Assembly: GCA_965207065.1 (NCBI GenBank)
Contig: OZ242260.1
Location: 2,641,526 to 2,705,525 of the forward strand
Origin: a bacterium
GTDB lineage: Bacteria > UBA8248
Reading direction: 5' to 3'
DNA length: 64,000 nt
Shown here piece after piece: positions 18,007 through 27,837 of this stretch. Both the position numbers and the translations under genes were made by a program. The notes under the pieces are model-generated. The model made no database searches, was not told where the DNA came from, and saw only the letters and a list, made by a program, of their open reading frames with translations. The stretch's first letter is position 1. Each line of letters begins with the position of its first letter.

Positions 18007-19254
18007 ATGCCCCGCGTGTTCGAGGACAGGGCCAAAGCGCTTCTGAATAGCGCGGGCGTGCGCGTCCCCAAGGGACACTCCGTGACGACGCCCTTAGAGG
18101 CGGCGGAGGCGGCGCGCGCCATCGGCGGCCCCGTGATGGTGAAGGCCCTGGTGCCCGCGGGAAAACGCGGCAAGGCGGGGGCGATCCTCGCTGCGGATAC
18201 GCCCGATGAGGCGAAGGAAGCGGCGCGGAAACTCCTGGGCCGTGTGGTGCATCATTTCCCCGTGAAGCGCCTGCTGGTGGAGGAGAGGGTCTCGATCGCG
18301 CAGGAGTGGTATCTCTCGGTCGCCTTCGACAGCGCATCGCGCGGGCCGCTCGTCATGTTCAGCACCGAGGGCGGCGTGGAGATCGAGTCGCTTTTAGAAG
18401 AAAACCCGGACGCTCTTAAACGGCTGGAAGTCGATATTCTGGAGGGACTCACCGAGGAGCGGTGCGTCTCCTTCCTGCGCGCGATGGGCGTGCACGGGGA
18501 GGGCCTCTACCGCGCGGCCATGGCGCTCGAGGCCTGCTACGCGCTTTTTCGCCGGAGCGAGGCGCGGGTACTGGAGGTGAATCCACTCGTCCTGACTGAT
18601 ACGGACGAAGTGATCGCCGCCGCGTGCGTTCTCGATCTGGACGCGGACGCCCTGTTCCGCCACGCAGACCTCAAAGAACTGCTCGATGATGACTCGGACG
18701 GCGGCTGGCGTCCGCCGACGCCCGTGGAGGCGAGGGTCGCGGAGATCGACGCCATGGTCCCTCCGTTCAATACGGCGCGCTTCACGGAAATCGATGGCGG
18801 GGAGATCGCCCTCATGTGGAGCGGGGGCGGGGGCGGCCTGTATTTGCTGGACACGATGGAGCGCCTGGGCGGCAAGCCCGCGACGGCGTTCGACATCACT
18901 CCGGGCCCGCTTGAGGAGAAGTATTTCGAGATCACCAAAGAGATTCTCGCGATGCCGAACGTGAAGGGCGCGCTCGCGGGCAGCAACATCACGAGTTTCT
19001 CGCGCGTTCAGCTCAAGGTCCGCGCCATCGCCCGCGCGGTCGAGGAGACGGGGGTCGACCTCGCGAAATTTCCCTTCATCGTGCGCTTCGCGGGCGCGGG
19101 CGGGGAGGAGGCCAGGGAGATCGCCGCAAGCTGTCCGGGCCTTCAGTATCTTGGGGATGAGGTGACGCTCGAAGAAGCCGCCGAGCGTATCATCGCCCAG
19201 GTCGAGGCTGTGAAGCGCGGGGAGTCGTGGACGAGTATAGGAGGCGCGCCTTGA
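18007..19254 (+). CDS. Succinyl-CoA synthetase beta-like ATP-grasp subunit (divergent)
   Basis: VMVKALVPAGKRGKAG, LLVEE, EVNPLV, LDADALFRH. Confidence 0.82.
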   Translation: MPRVFEDRAKALLNSAGVRVPKGHSVTTPLEAAEAARAIGGPVMVKALVPAGKRGKAGAILAADTPDEAKEAARKLLGRVVHHFPVKRLLVEERVSIAQEWYLSVAFDSASRGPLVMFSTEGGVEIESLLEENPDALKRLEVDILEGLTEERCVSFLRAMGVHGEGLYRAAMALEACYALFRRSEARVLEVNPLVLTDTDEVIAAACVLDLDADALFRHADLKELLDDDSDGGWRPPTPVEARVAEIDAMVPPFNTARFTEIDGGEIALMWSGGGGGLYLLDTMERLGGKPATAFDITPGPLEEKYFEITKEILAMPNVKGALAGSNITSFSRVQLKVRAIARAVEETGVDLAKFPFIVRFAGAGGEEAREIAASCPGLQYLGDEVTLEEAAERIIAQVEAVKRGESWTSIGGAP

Positions 19255-20168
19255 GCATTCTGGTTGACGAGACAACGCGCGTCGTCGTGGCGGGCATCAC
19301 CGGCTGGCAGGCGCGCGCCCACACCGGCTTCATGCGGGCGTACGGCACCCGCGTGGTGGCGGGCGTAGTGCCCGGCCGCGCGGGCGAGGATTGCGACGGC
19401 GTGCCCGTGTATGACTCGTTCGCCTCCGCTCTGGGTGAACACCCGGCGGACGCGGCCGTCCTGTTCGTGCCGGCCGCCGCAGCGGCGGAATCGGCCATCG
19501 AAGCGGCGGTGGCGGGCGTCGGGATGATTCTCGTGTGCGCCGAGGGCGTCCCGCAGCACGACGTGGCGCGGATGATCGCCCATGCACGGCGCGCAGGGGT
19601 GCGGCTCGTGGGTCCCAACAGCCAGGGGGTCATCAGTCCCGGACGCGCGAAGATGGGCGGCACGGGCGGCGATCTGCCCGTCACGAACCTCCTGTTCCGG
19701 CGCGGGCCGGTGGGCGTGCTGAGCAGAAGCGGGGGCATGGGCAGCGAGACCTGCTGGCTCCTGAGCCGCGAGGGAATCGGCCAGAGCACCTACGTGAGCG
19801 TGGGGGGAGACGCCATGGTGGGCGCGCCCTTCTCTGAACTCTTGCCCATGTTCCAAGCCGATCCGGATACGGAGTGCGTCGTCCTGTTCGGCGAGCCGGG
19901 CTCGTGCGCCGAAGAGGACGCGGCGCGCCTGATGGGCGAGGGGGGATTCACCAAGCCTGTGGTCGCCTTCATCGCGGGGATGGTGAACGAGTCCGCTCCC
20001 CAAGGTGTGAGCTTCGGCCACGCGGCGGCCATCATCGAGCGCGGCGAAGGCTCTCCCGCACGGAAAAAGGCGCTGTTGAGAGAGGCGGGGGCCGCTGTGG
20101 TGGAGGATATGCGCGAGATTCCAGACGCCGTGCGCGATGCCTTGGGCGCTGGATTTTTCGCTCCTTAG
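19251..20168 (+). CDS. Succinyl-CoA synthetase alpha-like CoA-binding subunit
   Basis: GITG, GPNSQG, SRSGGM, GGD, FGEPG, SFGHAAAI (phospho-His). TTG start after AGGAGG overlaps the beta stop. Confidence 0.85.
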   Translation: MSILVDETTRVVVAGITGWQARAHTGFMRAYGTRVVAGVVPGRAGEDCDGVPVYDSFASALGEHPADAAVLFVPAAAAAESAIEAAVAGVGMILVCAEGVPQHDVARMIAHARRAGVRLVGPNSQGVISPGRAKMGGTGGDLPVTNLLFRRGPVGVLSRSGGMGSETCWLLSREGIGQSTYVSVGGDAMVGAPFSELLPMFQADPDTECVVLFGEPGSCAEEDAARLMGEGGFTKPVVAFIAGMVNESAPQGVSFGHAAAIIERGEGSPARKKALLREAGAAVVEDMREIPDAVRDALGAGFFAP

Positions 20169-20268
20169 CTGATAATTCTATCCGGTATTCCCTGAAAAAT
20201 CCGAAACTGGTGGTTTCGTATTTCATCGTCCCAAGAAAATATTGTGTAAAGACAAGGAGAAATTGCAA

Positions 20269-21948
20269 ATGCCGAAAATGACAGGCGCCCAGGTCATGGC
20301 CGAGATGCTCAAGGGCTATGGCGTGACTCACACTTTTCTGGTTCCCGCTGTTCTCAGGCGCTCGATGGCCGAGATGGAAGAGCGCACGAACATCGCCCGC
20401 ATCCAGACGCACGGCGAGAAATCCGCCGCCTACATGGCGGACGGCTACGCCCGCGCGGGCAAGAAGCCGGGCGTCTGCATGGCGCAGGTCATCGGCGCGC
20501 TGAACCTGGCGGCGGGCCTGCGGGACGCCTATCTGGCGAAGGCTCCCGTCCTGGCCTTCACGGGCGGGCGCGTGCCCGAGACGAAGTTCCGCAAGGTCTA
20601 CCAGGAGGTGGACGACGTTCCCGCCTTCGAGCCGGTGACGAAGTTCAACGCCACGGTGGACGACGTCTCGCGCTTCCCGGACATGCTCCGGCAAGCCTTC
20701 CGCGTGGCCACCTCGGGATGCCCGGGGCCGGTGCACCTGCAATTCGCAGGCAACGAGGGCCAGCTCGACATCGGAGAGGCCGAGATGGAGGTGGTCATCG
20801 AAGAAGATTTCAAGGAACTCCCTCCATATAGGCCCGAACCTGAAATGGCGCGCGTGAAAAAAGCGGTCGAGTTGCTGGAAAAAGCGGAGCGCCCCGTCAT
20901 CGTCGCTGGCGGCGGGGTTCGCTCATCGGGAGCGTCGAAAGAACTCATCGCCCTGGCGGAGAAGCTGAACATACCGGTGGCGACGTCGTTGAACGGCAAG
21001 GACAACATTCCGGGCAACCATCGGCTTTCCGTCGGCGTAGTGGGCACCTATTCGAGAAAGAGCGCGAACCGCGTCGTGAACGGAGCCGACCTGGTCTTTT
21101 TCGTCGGCACCGAGACGGGCGGCATGACGACGCACTTCTGGGCCGTGCCACCCATCGGCACGCCCGCCATCCAGCTCGACATCGAACCAGAGGCGCTTGC
21201 GCGGAACTATCCCCTGCAAGCCGCGGTTCTGGGCGACGCCAGGGTGAGCCTCCAGAAGATGACCGATGCGACGAGTGGAGATTCCGCCGCCTCGCGCGCG
21301 GGCTGGGTCGAGCGAGCACAGGGCTTCGTGCAGGGATGGCGCGATGAATTCAGCGAATATCTCGCATCGGACGCAGCACCCATGCGTCCCGAGCGCATCT
21401 GCCAGGAGTTGACGGATTCGCTGCCTTCGGACTGCGTCGTGCTGGGCGATACGGGCCATTCGGGCATGTGGATGGGCGGCATGTACGACCTCTCGCACCC
21501 CGAGCAGAGCTACATACGGAGCGCGGGCCACCTGGGCTGGGCCTTCTCGGCGGGTCTGGGGGCGAAGTGCGCGGTGCCCGACAGGCCGGTGCTCGCCTTC
21601 AACGGCGATTCGGGCTTCTGGTATCACCTGTCTGAAATCGAGACCGCCGTGCGCTGGAATATCAACGCGGTGACGCTGGTGAACAACAACGCCTCTGGGA
21701 ATCAATCGAAGCGCGGCTTCGATCGCGCCTACGGCGGCGAGCAGACCGAGCAGGCTCATGAACTCTGGAAGCTGAACGCGGTGAATTTCGCCGAGATAGC
21801 CGAATCCATGGGCGCATTGGGCATCCGGGTGGAAAAACCGGGTGAGCTGAAAAGCGCGCTCGACCAGGCCTTCAGCGCGAACCGGCCCGTCGTAATCGAC
21901 TGCGTGAGCGACATCGAGGCCATGGCGCCGTTGGCTGTTACGGAGTAG
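20269..21948 (+). CDS. Thiamine-pyrophosphate-binding protein (acetolactate synthase large-subunit family)
   Basis: HGEKSAAYMADGYARA, GGGV, GDSGF...NN TPP motif. Confidence 0.92.
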   Translation: MPKMTGAQVMAEMLKGYGVTHTFLVPAVLRRSMAEMEERTNIARIQTHGEKSAAYMADGYARAGKKPGVCMAQVIGALNLAAGLRDAYLAKAPVLAFTGGRVPETKFRKVYQEVDDVPAFEPVTKFNATVDDVSRFPDMLRQAFRVATSGCPGPVHLQFAGNEGQLDIGEAEMEVVIEEDFKELPPYRPEPEMARVKKAVELLEKAERPVIVAGGGVRSSGASKELIALAEKLNIPVATSLNGKDNIPGNHRLSVGVVGTYSRKSANRVVNGADLVFFVGTETGGMTTHFWAVPPIGTPAIQLDIEPEALARNYPLQAAVLGDARVSLQKMTDATSGDSAASRAGWVERAQGFVQGWRDEFSEYLASDAAPMRPERICQELTDSLPSDCVVLGDTGHSGMWMGGMYDLSHPEQSYIRSAGHLGWAFSAGLGAKCAVPDRPVLAFNGDSGFWYHLSEIETAVRWNINAVTLVNNNASGNQSKRGFDRAYGGEQTEQAHELWKLNAVNFAEIAESMGALGIRVEKPGELKSALDQAFSANRPVVIDCVSDIEAMAPLAVTE

Positions 21949-21965
21949 GGGCGCGCGGCGGTTTT

Positions 21966-22215
21966 GTATGTAGCGCTCCAAAGATGGGAGCGCTACATAC
22001 ACTAGGCTTACGACCAAAACGACGTACGGGGTGAGGACGTGACAGAGACGAAATGACAAAGTCCCTGGATTCCGGCATGCGCCGGAATGACGATCAAAAG
22101 CGCATTCACCCGTAGGGGCGGCCCCCCGTGGCCGCCCTGGTCGTATCCACCTTGACATAGGACAGGCACAGGGGCCTGTCCCTACGAGGCGGTGCGGTTA
22201 TGTTTGTCATTCCGA
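21966..22215. repeat. Mosaic of REP-like palindromes
   Basis: GTATGTAGCGCTCC..GGAGCGCTACATAC; TGGATTCCGGC..GCCGGAATGAC; GTAGGGGCGGCC..; AGGACAGGCAC..CCTGTCCCTAC. Confidence 0.75.
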
Positions 22216-22258
22216 GGTGGTCACGTGAAGACGTGTGGAAATAAGGGGCGTATCAGAT

Positions 22259-23131
22259 TCAGACCGTCCGGGATGCGCTCGGCTCACTGATTGAGGAAAT
22301 CTTCCTCGCCAGAAATTCGCGCGTTACGCGGATGAATGCCTCTGGTTCGTCCATGAAGACGTGGTGGTGCGCGCCGGGGATGACGGCTGTCTCCACATGC
22401 GGAACCTTCTCGCGGACCCATTCGAGGGAATCCGATTTCAGGCGGTCGGAGAGTTCCCCCGCCACGAGCAGGGCAGGGGTCTCGACCCGCTGCCAGCCCG
22501 CGCGCTGATCCGTCTCGGGACGCGCGGCGTGAAAACGCCTGTCCGCCTTGACCGTCCAGGTGCCGTCGCCGTTTTGCCTCACGGCGTGGCGCGCGATATG
22601 GGCGATTGTATCGGGGTTCACCTTGTCCGATGCGGGCAGTAGCCTGAATTTCTCCACGAAAAGCTCTCGCGACGCCCAGGGTCTGGCGGGCCGGTTCCCG
22701 AACGCGCGCACCTCGGCGAGAATCGCGTCCGTCGTCCGGAGCGGGGAATCCACGATGATGATGCCCTCGACGTCGGGCGGCTCCAGGGCGAAGAGGTTCA
22801 GCGCGATGACGCCTCCCATCGAGTGCGCCAGCAGCCAGGGCTTTCGTCCGCTCTCTTCTTTCGCCCATTCCACCCAGGCCGTCACGTCGCGCAGCAGGTC
22901 CTCGAAGACGTATTCATCCTGCCATCCGGTGTCCCCGTGGCCGCGGTGATCCGTCGCCACGGGCCGGAGCATGTCCGTGTAACCGGGGGCGATGTGATCC
23001 CACCAGCGCGCGTGGGCCGCAGCGCCGTGCAGCATCAGGATGATGGGCTTGTCCTCGCCCTCGTCCCCGTGGTCCAGGGCGTGCAGCCGCACGCCGTCTC
23101 TTTCGATGAATACGCTCTTTGGTTCCGACAT
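22259..23131 (-). CDS. Alpha/beta hydrolase
   Basis: LHGAAAHA, AHSMGG nucleophile elbow, GAHHH. Start set to MSEPKS. Confidence 0.88.
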   Translation of the reverse strand: MSEPKSVFIERDGVRLHALDHGDEGEDKPIILMLHGAAAHARWWDHIAPGYTDMLRPVATDHRGHGDTGWQDEYVFEDLLRDVTAWVEWAKEESGRKPWLLAHSMGGVIALNLFALEPPDVEGIIIVDSPLRTTDAILAEVRAFGNRPARPWASRELFVEKFRLLPASDKVNPDTIAHIARHAVRQNGDGTWTVKADRRFHAARPETDQRAGWQRVETPALLVAGELSDRLKSDSLEWVREKVPHVETAVIPGAHHHVFMDEPEAFIRVTREFLARKISSISEPSASRTV

Positions 23132-23254
23132 TCGTCTTGACTCCGGATATGATGAGGCCGTTTCAGATTTCGAGGGAGAATCCACCATCAGCGCGGGAAT
23201 GGCAAGCCTGCTTGCTCATTTGGCGGTGTTTCAGGGGAGTGGACAGTGCTTAGG

Positions 23255-23470
23255 AGGCTGTTGAAAAGCCCGAATAGGGCCCCTGCAAGTAGAGGGTTTG
23301 TAGGGACAGGCCCCCGTGCCTGTCCACGTGAAGCACAACCACGGGGTTGGACATATCCGATACGGGCGGCCACTGGGGGCCGCCCCTACGTCTCAAAACA
23401 TGGGTGGGTGTGTATACCCTCCCCGGTCGGCTACATACGCCGTTCACAAAATCAGGTTTCTTAACAGTCT
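23255..23470. mobile_element. MITE-like element with GGCTGTTGAAAA end enclosing a REP pair
   Basis: AGGCTGTTGAAAAG left end and degenerate TTTCTTAACAGTCT right end. The internal GTAGGGACAGG.. and ..GCCGCCCCTAC pair mirrors 22112-22185. Confidence 0.55.
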
Positions 23471-23496
23471 TTTGAAATGCGTTCGGGTTCCAGGCG

Positions 23497-24150
23497 TCAA
23501 CGCTCCTCGGGCCATACGGCGCGCGCCAGGCGCCAGCCCGCTAGCGCGCCTATAAACTGGGCGATGATGAAGGCGAGCGCGTCGAACGGCTGAATGCCCG
23601 AGAACGTGTTGGTGTAAACCCGTGCGACCGTGACCGCCGGGTTGGCGAAGCTGGTCGAGGCCGTGAACCAGAGGGCCGCCATGATGTATAGCCCGACCAT
23701 CGCGGGGATGAGGGCGGGGTTCGTGCGCAGCCCGCCCAGGATGACGAAGATCAGCCCCGCCGTCGCTATGACTTCCGCCGACCACTGGCCGATGCCGCTG
23801 CGCGTTTTCACCGAGACCTGGGCGATGTCCAAGTCGAACATCAGATGCGCGGCGAGCACGCCGAGGATACCCGCGAGGAATTGCGTGGCGACGTAGGGCG
23901 CGGCCTCGCGCTGTTCCATCTCCCCATTCAAGGCGAAGACCATGGTGACCGCGGGGTTGAAGTGCGCGCCGGAGACCGGCCCGAGCAGGGTGATCATCAC
24001 GAAGAGAATCGCGCCGATCGCCAGGGAATGCGGCAATAGCGCCGCGCCCGCCTGCCCGTTCGAGAGGGCGTCGCCCATGATGCCCGATCCTGTGATGGCG
24101 GCGAGGAGAAACGCGGTTCCAACGGCTTCGGCCAGGAGTTTACGGCTCAT
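23497..24150 (-). CDS. MIP/aquaporin family channel (AqpS-like arsenite channel)
   Basis: SGAHFNPAVT and SFANPAVT; immediately downstream of arsC. Confidence 0.88.
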   Translation of the reverse strand: MSRKLLAEAVGTAFLLAAITGSGIMGDALSNGQAGAALLPHSLAIGAILFVMITLLGPVSGAHFNPAVTMVFALNGEMEQREAAPYVATQFLAGILGVLAAHLMFDLDIAQVSVKTRSGIGQWSAEVIATAGLIFVILGGLRTNPALIPAMVGLYIMAALWFTASTSFANPAVTVARVYTNTFSGIQPFDALAFIIAQFIGALAGWRLARAVWPEER

Positions 24151-24162
24151 CGGGTTACCTCC

Positions 24163-24639
24163 TCATACTCGGGCGATGGCGTCCAGGCGCGTCTTGAGCG
24201 CCGCGCGGTCCATGTCTTCGAAGTCAAGGGCCAGAAAGGCGTTGATTCGGGCGCTCAGGCGGTGGTAGGCGACCCGGAACGCCCGGTCGATTTGGTCTTC
24301 CGGCGCAGCGGCGGGGTCGTCCACTCCCCAGTGCGCCTTGAGCGGCGCGCCGGGCCAGACGGGGCAGATTTCGCCCGCCGCCGAATCGCAGACGGTGACG
24401 ACGAGGTCCATTTTGGGGGCGCCGGGGGCGGCGAACTCATCCCAGCTCTTCGAGCGGTAGCCTACCGTCGGCAGGCCCAGCCTCTCGAGGAGGCGAACCG
24501 CGCCCGGATTGACCCGGCCCGTCGGGCGGGAACCCGCCGAATAGGCCCGCACCCTCCCCACGCCGTCGCGGTTCAGGACGGCTTCCGCGAGTATCGAGCG
24601 CGCCGAGTTGCCCGTGCAAAGAACGAGAATATGGCGCAT
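24163..24639 (-). CDS. arsC: Arsenate reductase (LMW-PTP fold)
   Basis: LCTGNSARSILAEA, SKSWDEF, VCDSAAGEICPVWPG, HWGVDDP. Confidence 0.9.
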   Translation of the reverse strand: MRHILVLCTGNSARSILAEAVLNRDGVGRVRAYSAGSRPTGRVNPGAVRLLERLGLPTVGYRSKSWDEFAAPGAPKMDLVVTVCDSAAGEICPVWPGAPLKAHWGVDDPAAAPEDQIDRAFRVAYHRLSARINAFLALDFEDMDRAALKTRLDAIARV

Positions 24640-24884
24640 GGAATCTCCCTCGTCTCGTCGTCTGGAACTCGACGATCCCCTCACTAGAAAACGCTCTCAG
24701 TTTCCGGGATTCGCCTCGCTCCAGTTTCAGGATGTCGTTTTGAATTTTGGATTATATCGGGGGGTGGAATCTCCACCGGGCCGCCCGGAAATCATGTAGC
24801 CCAATTCGGCGGCGAGATCAAATCAAGCGGCCCGTTTTCCGGGATTTCTTATTCCGTGCTCCGCAGCGCAAGCGCGATGGTTTT

Positions 24885-24961
24885 GCAGGGACTGGCCTCC
24901 GTGCCTGTCCTACCCTCCGTGGTTGTCCTTCGTCAGGATAGGCACGAAGGCCTGTCCCTAC
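24885..24961. repeat. Inverted pair of GTAG-type REP palindromes
   Basis: GCAGGGACTGGCCTCCGTGCCTGTCCT ... AGGATAGGCACGAAGGCCTGTCCCTAC. Confidence 0.65.
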
Positions 24962-25007
24962 AGGGTCCAATCGGGTTTACCAGGAATCCTGCGGGAGAGC
25001 GCTCCTC

Positions 25008-26096
25008 TCAACGCTCAAGGATGCGCACCTGCTCGCCGCGGAGGCCCACGGCGACATCATCTCCCACGGCGAAGGCGCGGCGGCCCGGATGGTGGGTGTC
25101 GTCGACCAGCAGGGTGTCCTCGCCGATGACGACGGAGTAGCGCAGCAGGTTGCCGAGGAACTCGCGGTGCTGCACCCGGCCGGTCAGGACGATACCGGGG
25201 AGCGTTTCGCCCGGTGCGGCGATGGCGATGTCCTGGGGCCGGAACACGGCGGTATGCTCCTCACCGGGCGCGTGGACCTCACCCGAAAGCGGCACGGCGA
25301 TGCCGCCGGCCGCGGCGAAGCGCGCGCCATCGGCCCCCGTCTCGATCCGCCCGTCCATGAGATTCGCCGTGCCCAGGAAGTGGGCGACGAAGCGGTTCAC
25401 CGGCTCGTCGTAGAGTTCCATGGGCGCTCCCACCTGCTGGAGTATGCCGTCGTCGAGCACGGCGATACGATCCGAGATGGTGTTGGCCTCTTCCTGGTCG
25501 TGGGTGACGAAGATGGTGGTCAGTTCCAGTTCGCGCTGCAAGTCCAGAATCTCGCGGCGCATCTGTACGCGCAGGTTGGCGTCCAGGTTCGAGAGCGGCT
25601 CGTCGAGCAGGAGCACGCGGGGTTCGACGACGATGGTGCGCGCCAGGGCGACGCGCTGCTGCTGTCCGCCGGACAGCTGCGAGGGGCGCCGCTCGGCAAG
25701 CTCCAGGAGTCCGACCATGTCCAGTGCGGCGTCGACGCGCCTGGGAATTTCGGCGGCGGGCGTCTTGCGCTCCTCGAGGCCGAAGGCGACGTTCCTGCGC
25801 ACCGTCATGTGCGGCCAGAGCGCATAGGACTGGAACACCATGCCGACGTTGCGCCGCCAGGGGGGGAGCCGCGTCACGTCGTCCTCGCCTATCAGGATGC
25901 GCCCCCGGGGCGCAGGGCCGAAGCCTGCGACGGCGCGCAGGAGGGTCGATTTGCCCGACCCCGACGGCCCCAGGAAGGTGAACAACTCGCCCGGTTCGAT
26001 GCGAAGGTCCACGTCTTTCAGCACGTCGGTCGTGTCGTAGGCGAGGCTCAGTTGTTCGATGACGACGCTTGCGGCGTTTTGCGATGCCATTCTCAT
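25008..26096 (-). CDS. ABC transporter ATP-binding protein (FbpC/PotA type)
   Basis: GPSGSGKST, LSGGQQQR, LLLDEP, TOBE-like tail; ATGA overlap with the permease stop. Confidence 0.93.
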   Translation of the reverse strand: MRMASQNAASVVIEQLSLAYDTTDVLKDVDLRIEPGELFTFLGPSGSGKSTLLRAVAGFGPAPRGRILIGEDDVTRLPPWRRNVGMVFQSYALWPHMTVRRNVAFGLEERKTPAAEIPRRVDAALDMVGLLELAERRPSQLSGGQQQRVALARTIVVEPRVLLLDEPLSNLDANLRVQMRREILDLQRELELTTIFVTHDQEEANTISDRIAVLDDGILQQVGAPMELYDEPVNRFVAHFLGTANLMDGRIETGADGARFAAAGGIAVPLSGEVHAPGEEHTAVFRPQDIAIAAPGETLPGIVLTGRVQHREFLGNLLRYSVVIGEDTLLVDDTHHPGRRAFAVGDDVAVGLRGEQVRILER

Positions 26097-27808
26097 ACTC
26101 CCGCGACGATGGCCATGTCCGGCGTCTGGCGCGTCTCTTTGCGCTGGATGAAGCGGTGCGAGACGTAGGTGGCGACGCCGACGATGACTACGGCGATGAT
26201 GCCGAGCGCGGCGCCCGGGCCGCGGCCCGCCGCCGACTGCATGAACTCGTAAATCCCGAAGGCGAGCGGAGCGTCCGATTCCTGCGAGACGAGCATGATG
26301 GTCGTCGACAGCTCGACCGCCGCGGTGGCGAAGCTGGTGATGAAGCCTGCGACGATGCCGCCCGACATGAGCGGCACGACGACCCGGTAGATGGTGCGGC
26401 CCTTGGTCGCCCCCAGATTCTCGGCGGCTTCTTCGAGCATGACGCTCAGCTGCTGCAGCGCCGCCATGCAGGCGCGCAGCGCGTAGGGCAGGCGCCGGAT
26501 GGCGAGGGCGACGACGATGATGACCCACCACGAGGCCAGGGGTTTATCTATAATCGGCACGTTGAACGCGTAGAAGGTACGCAGATAGCCGATGCCGAGC
26601 ACCACGCCGGGAATCGCCACCGCCCCCATCGCGGCGTAATCAAGCCACTGCCGGCCGGCCAGCCCGGTGCGCAGGACGATGTAGGCGATGGCCGTGCCGA
26701 ATACGACGTCGATGCCCGCGGCGAGGCCCGCGTAGAGCAACGTGTTGGTGATGAATTCCGATGAGTCCGAGATCACCCGCAGGTAATGCGCGTAGGTGTA
26801 GGCGTCGGGCAGCACGCTGAAGGACCAGACCGTGCCGAGAGAGAGGATGGCGAGGCCGAAGTGCGGCGAGAGAACCAGCAGCAGTATGAAGACGACGACG
26901 CCGTAGCAGGCGGCCTTCTCCCAGGGCCTCAGGTCGCGCTTCATCAGCCCGCCCCCGCCCTTTTGCACGGTCGCGTAGTCCTTGTTCCGAAGCGCCAGAA
27001 ACGAGGTCCAGAGCGCCAGCAGGGAGAATATGACCAGGATGACCGAGATCACGTAGCCCATGGGGTCCGAGATGCCGATGGAGGCGATGCGCAGGTAGGC
27101 CTGGGGCGCCAGCATGTTGTTGATGTTGAGCAGCAGCGGCGTGCCGATGTCGTCGAACACCTTCAGGAACACCAGTGATGCGCCCGCGACGTAGCCGGGC
27201 ATGGCCAGCGGGAACACGATGCGGCGGAACAGGCGCACCCCGCTGGCGCCCAGGTTCTGGGCGGATTCCTCCATCGACCGGTCGATGTTGTTGAGCGAGG
27301 CCGAGAGATTCATGAGAATGAAAGGGAAATAGTGGATGCTCTCGACCAGGATGACGCCGTTCAACCCCTCCATGAAGGGGACCTTAAAGCCGAACCATTC
27401 ATCCAGCAGCAGGTTGACCGATCCGTTCTCGCCGAGGAGCAGGAGCATCGCCACGGCGCCGACGAAGGGCGGCATGATGAGCGGGAGCACGCCCAGGGTC
27501 TGGATGAGGATGGCGCCGCCGAAATTGAAGCGTGTCGTGAAGTAGGCGAGCGGAAGCGCAAAGCACGACGCCAGCACCACAGACATCAGGGCGACGTAGA
27601 TCGAATTGATGGCGGATTCCTGGAACAGGTTGTTCCTGAAGAAATCCACGAAGTTGATGAGCGTCAGCGCGCCCGTGTTCGGGTCCTGGAAGGCGACGTA
27701 GATCACGTTCACGACAGGCACGACCAGGAAGGCGAGCAGGAACAGGCCGACAATGAGGCCCACCGCCGCCGGCCCCCACTGGCCGCGCGCCATCGCTTCC
27801 AGAGACAT
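26093..27808 (-). CDS. ABC permease, FbpB type (two BPD domains)
   Basis: Two EAA loops (EESAQNLGA, EEAAENLGA). Confidence 0.92.
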   Translation of the reverse strand: MSLEAMARGQWGPAAVGLIVGLFLLAFLVVPVVNVIYVAFQDPNTGALTLINFVDFFRNNLFQESAINSIYVALMSVVLASCFALPLAYFTTRFNFGGAILIQTLGVLPLIMPPFVGAVAMLLLLGENGSVNLLLDEWFGFKVPFMEGLNGVILVESIHYFPFILMNLSASLNNIDRSMEESAQNLGASGVRLFRRIVFPLAMPGYVAGASLVFLKVFDDIGTPLLLNINNMLAPQAYLRIASIGISDPMGYVISVILVIFSLLALWTSFLALRNKDYATVQKGGGGLMKRDLRPWEKAACYGVVVFILLLVLSPHFGLAILSLGTVWSFSVLPDAYTYAHYLRVISDSSEFITNTLLYAGLAAGIDVVFGTAIAYIVLRTGLAGRQWLDYAAMGAVAIPGVVLGIGYLRTFYAFNVPIIDKPLASWWVIIVVALAIRRLPYALRACMAALQQLSVMLEEAAENLGATKGRTIYRVVVPLMSGGIVAGFITSFATAAVELSTTIMLVSQESDAPLAFGIYEFMQSAAGRGPGAALGIIAVVIVGVATYVSHRFIQRKETRQTPDMAIVAGV

Positions 27809-27837
27809 TCTTTCCCCTTCTCCGCGCAGGCTTCAGG

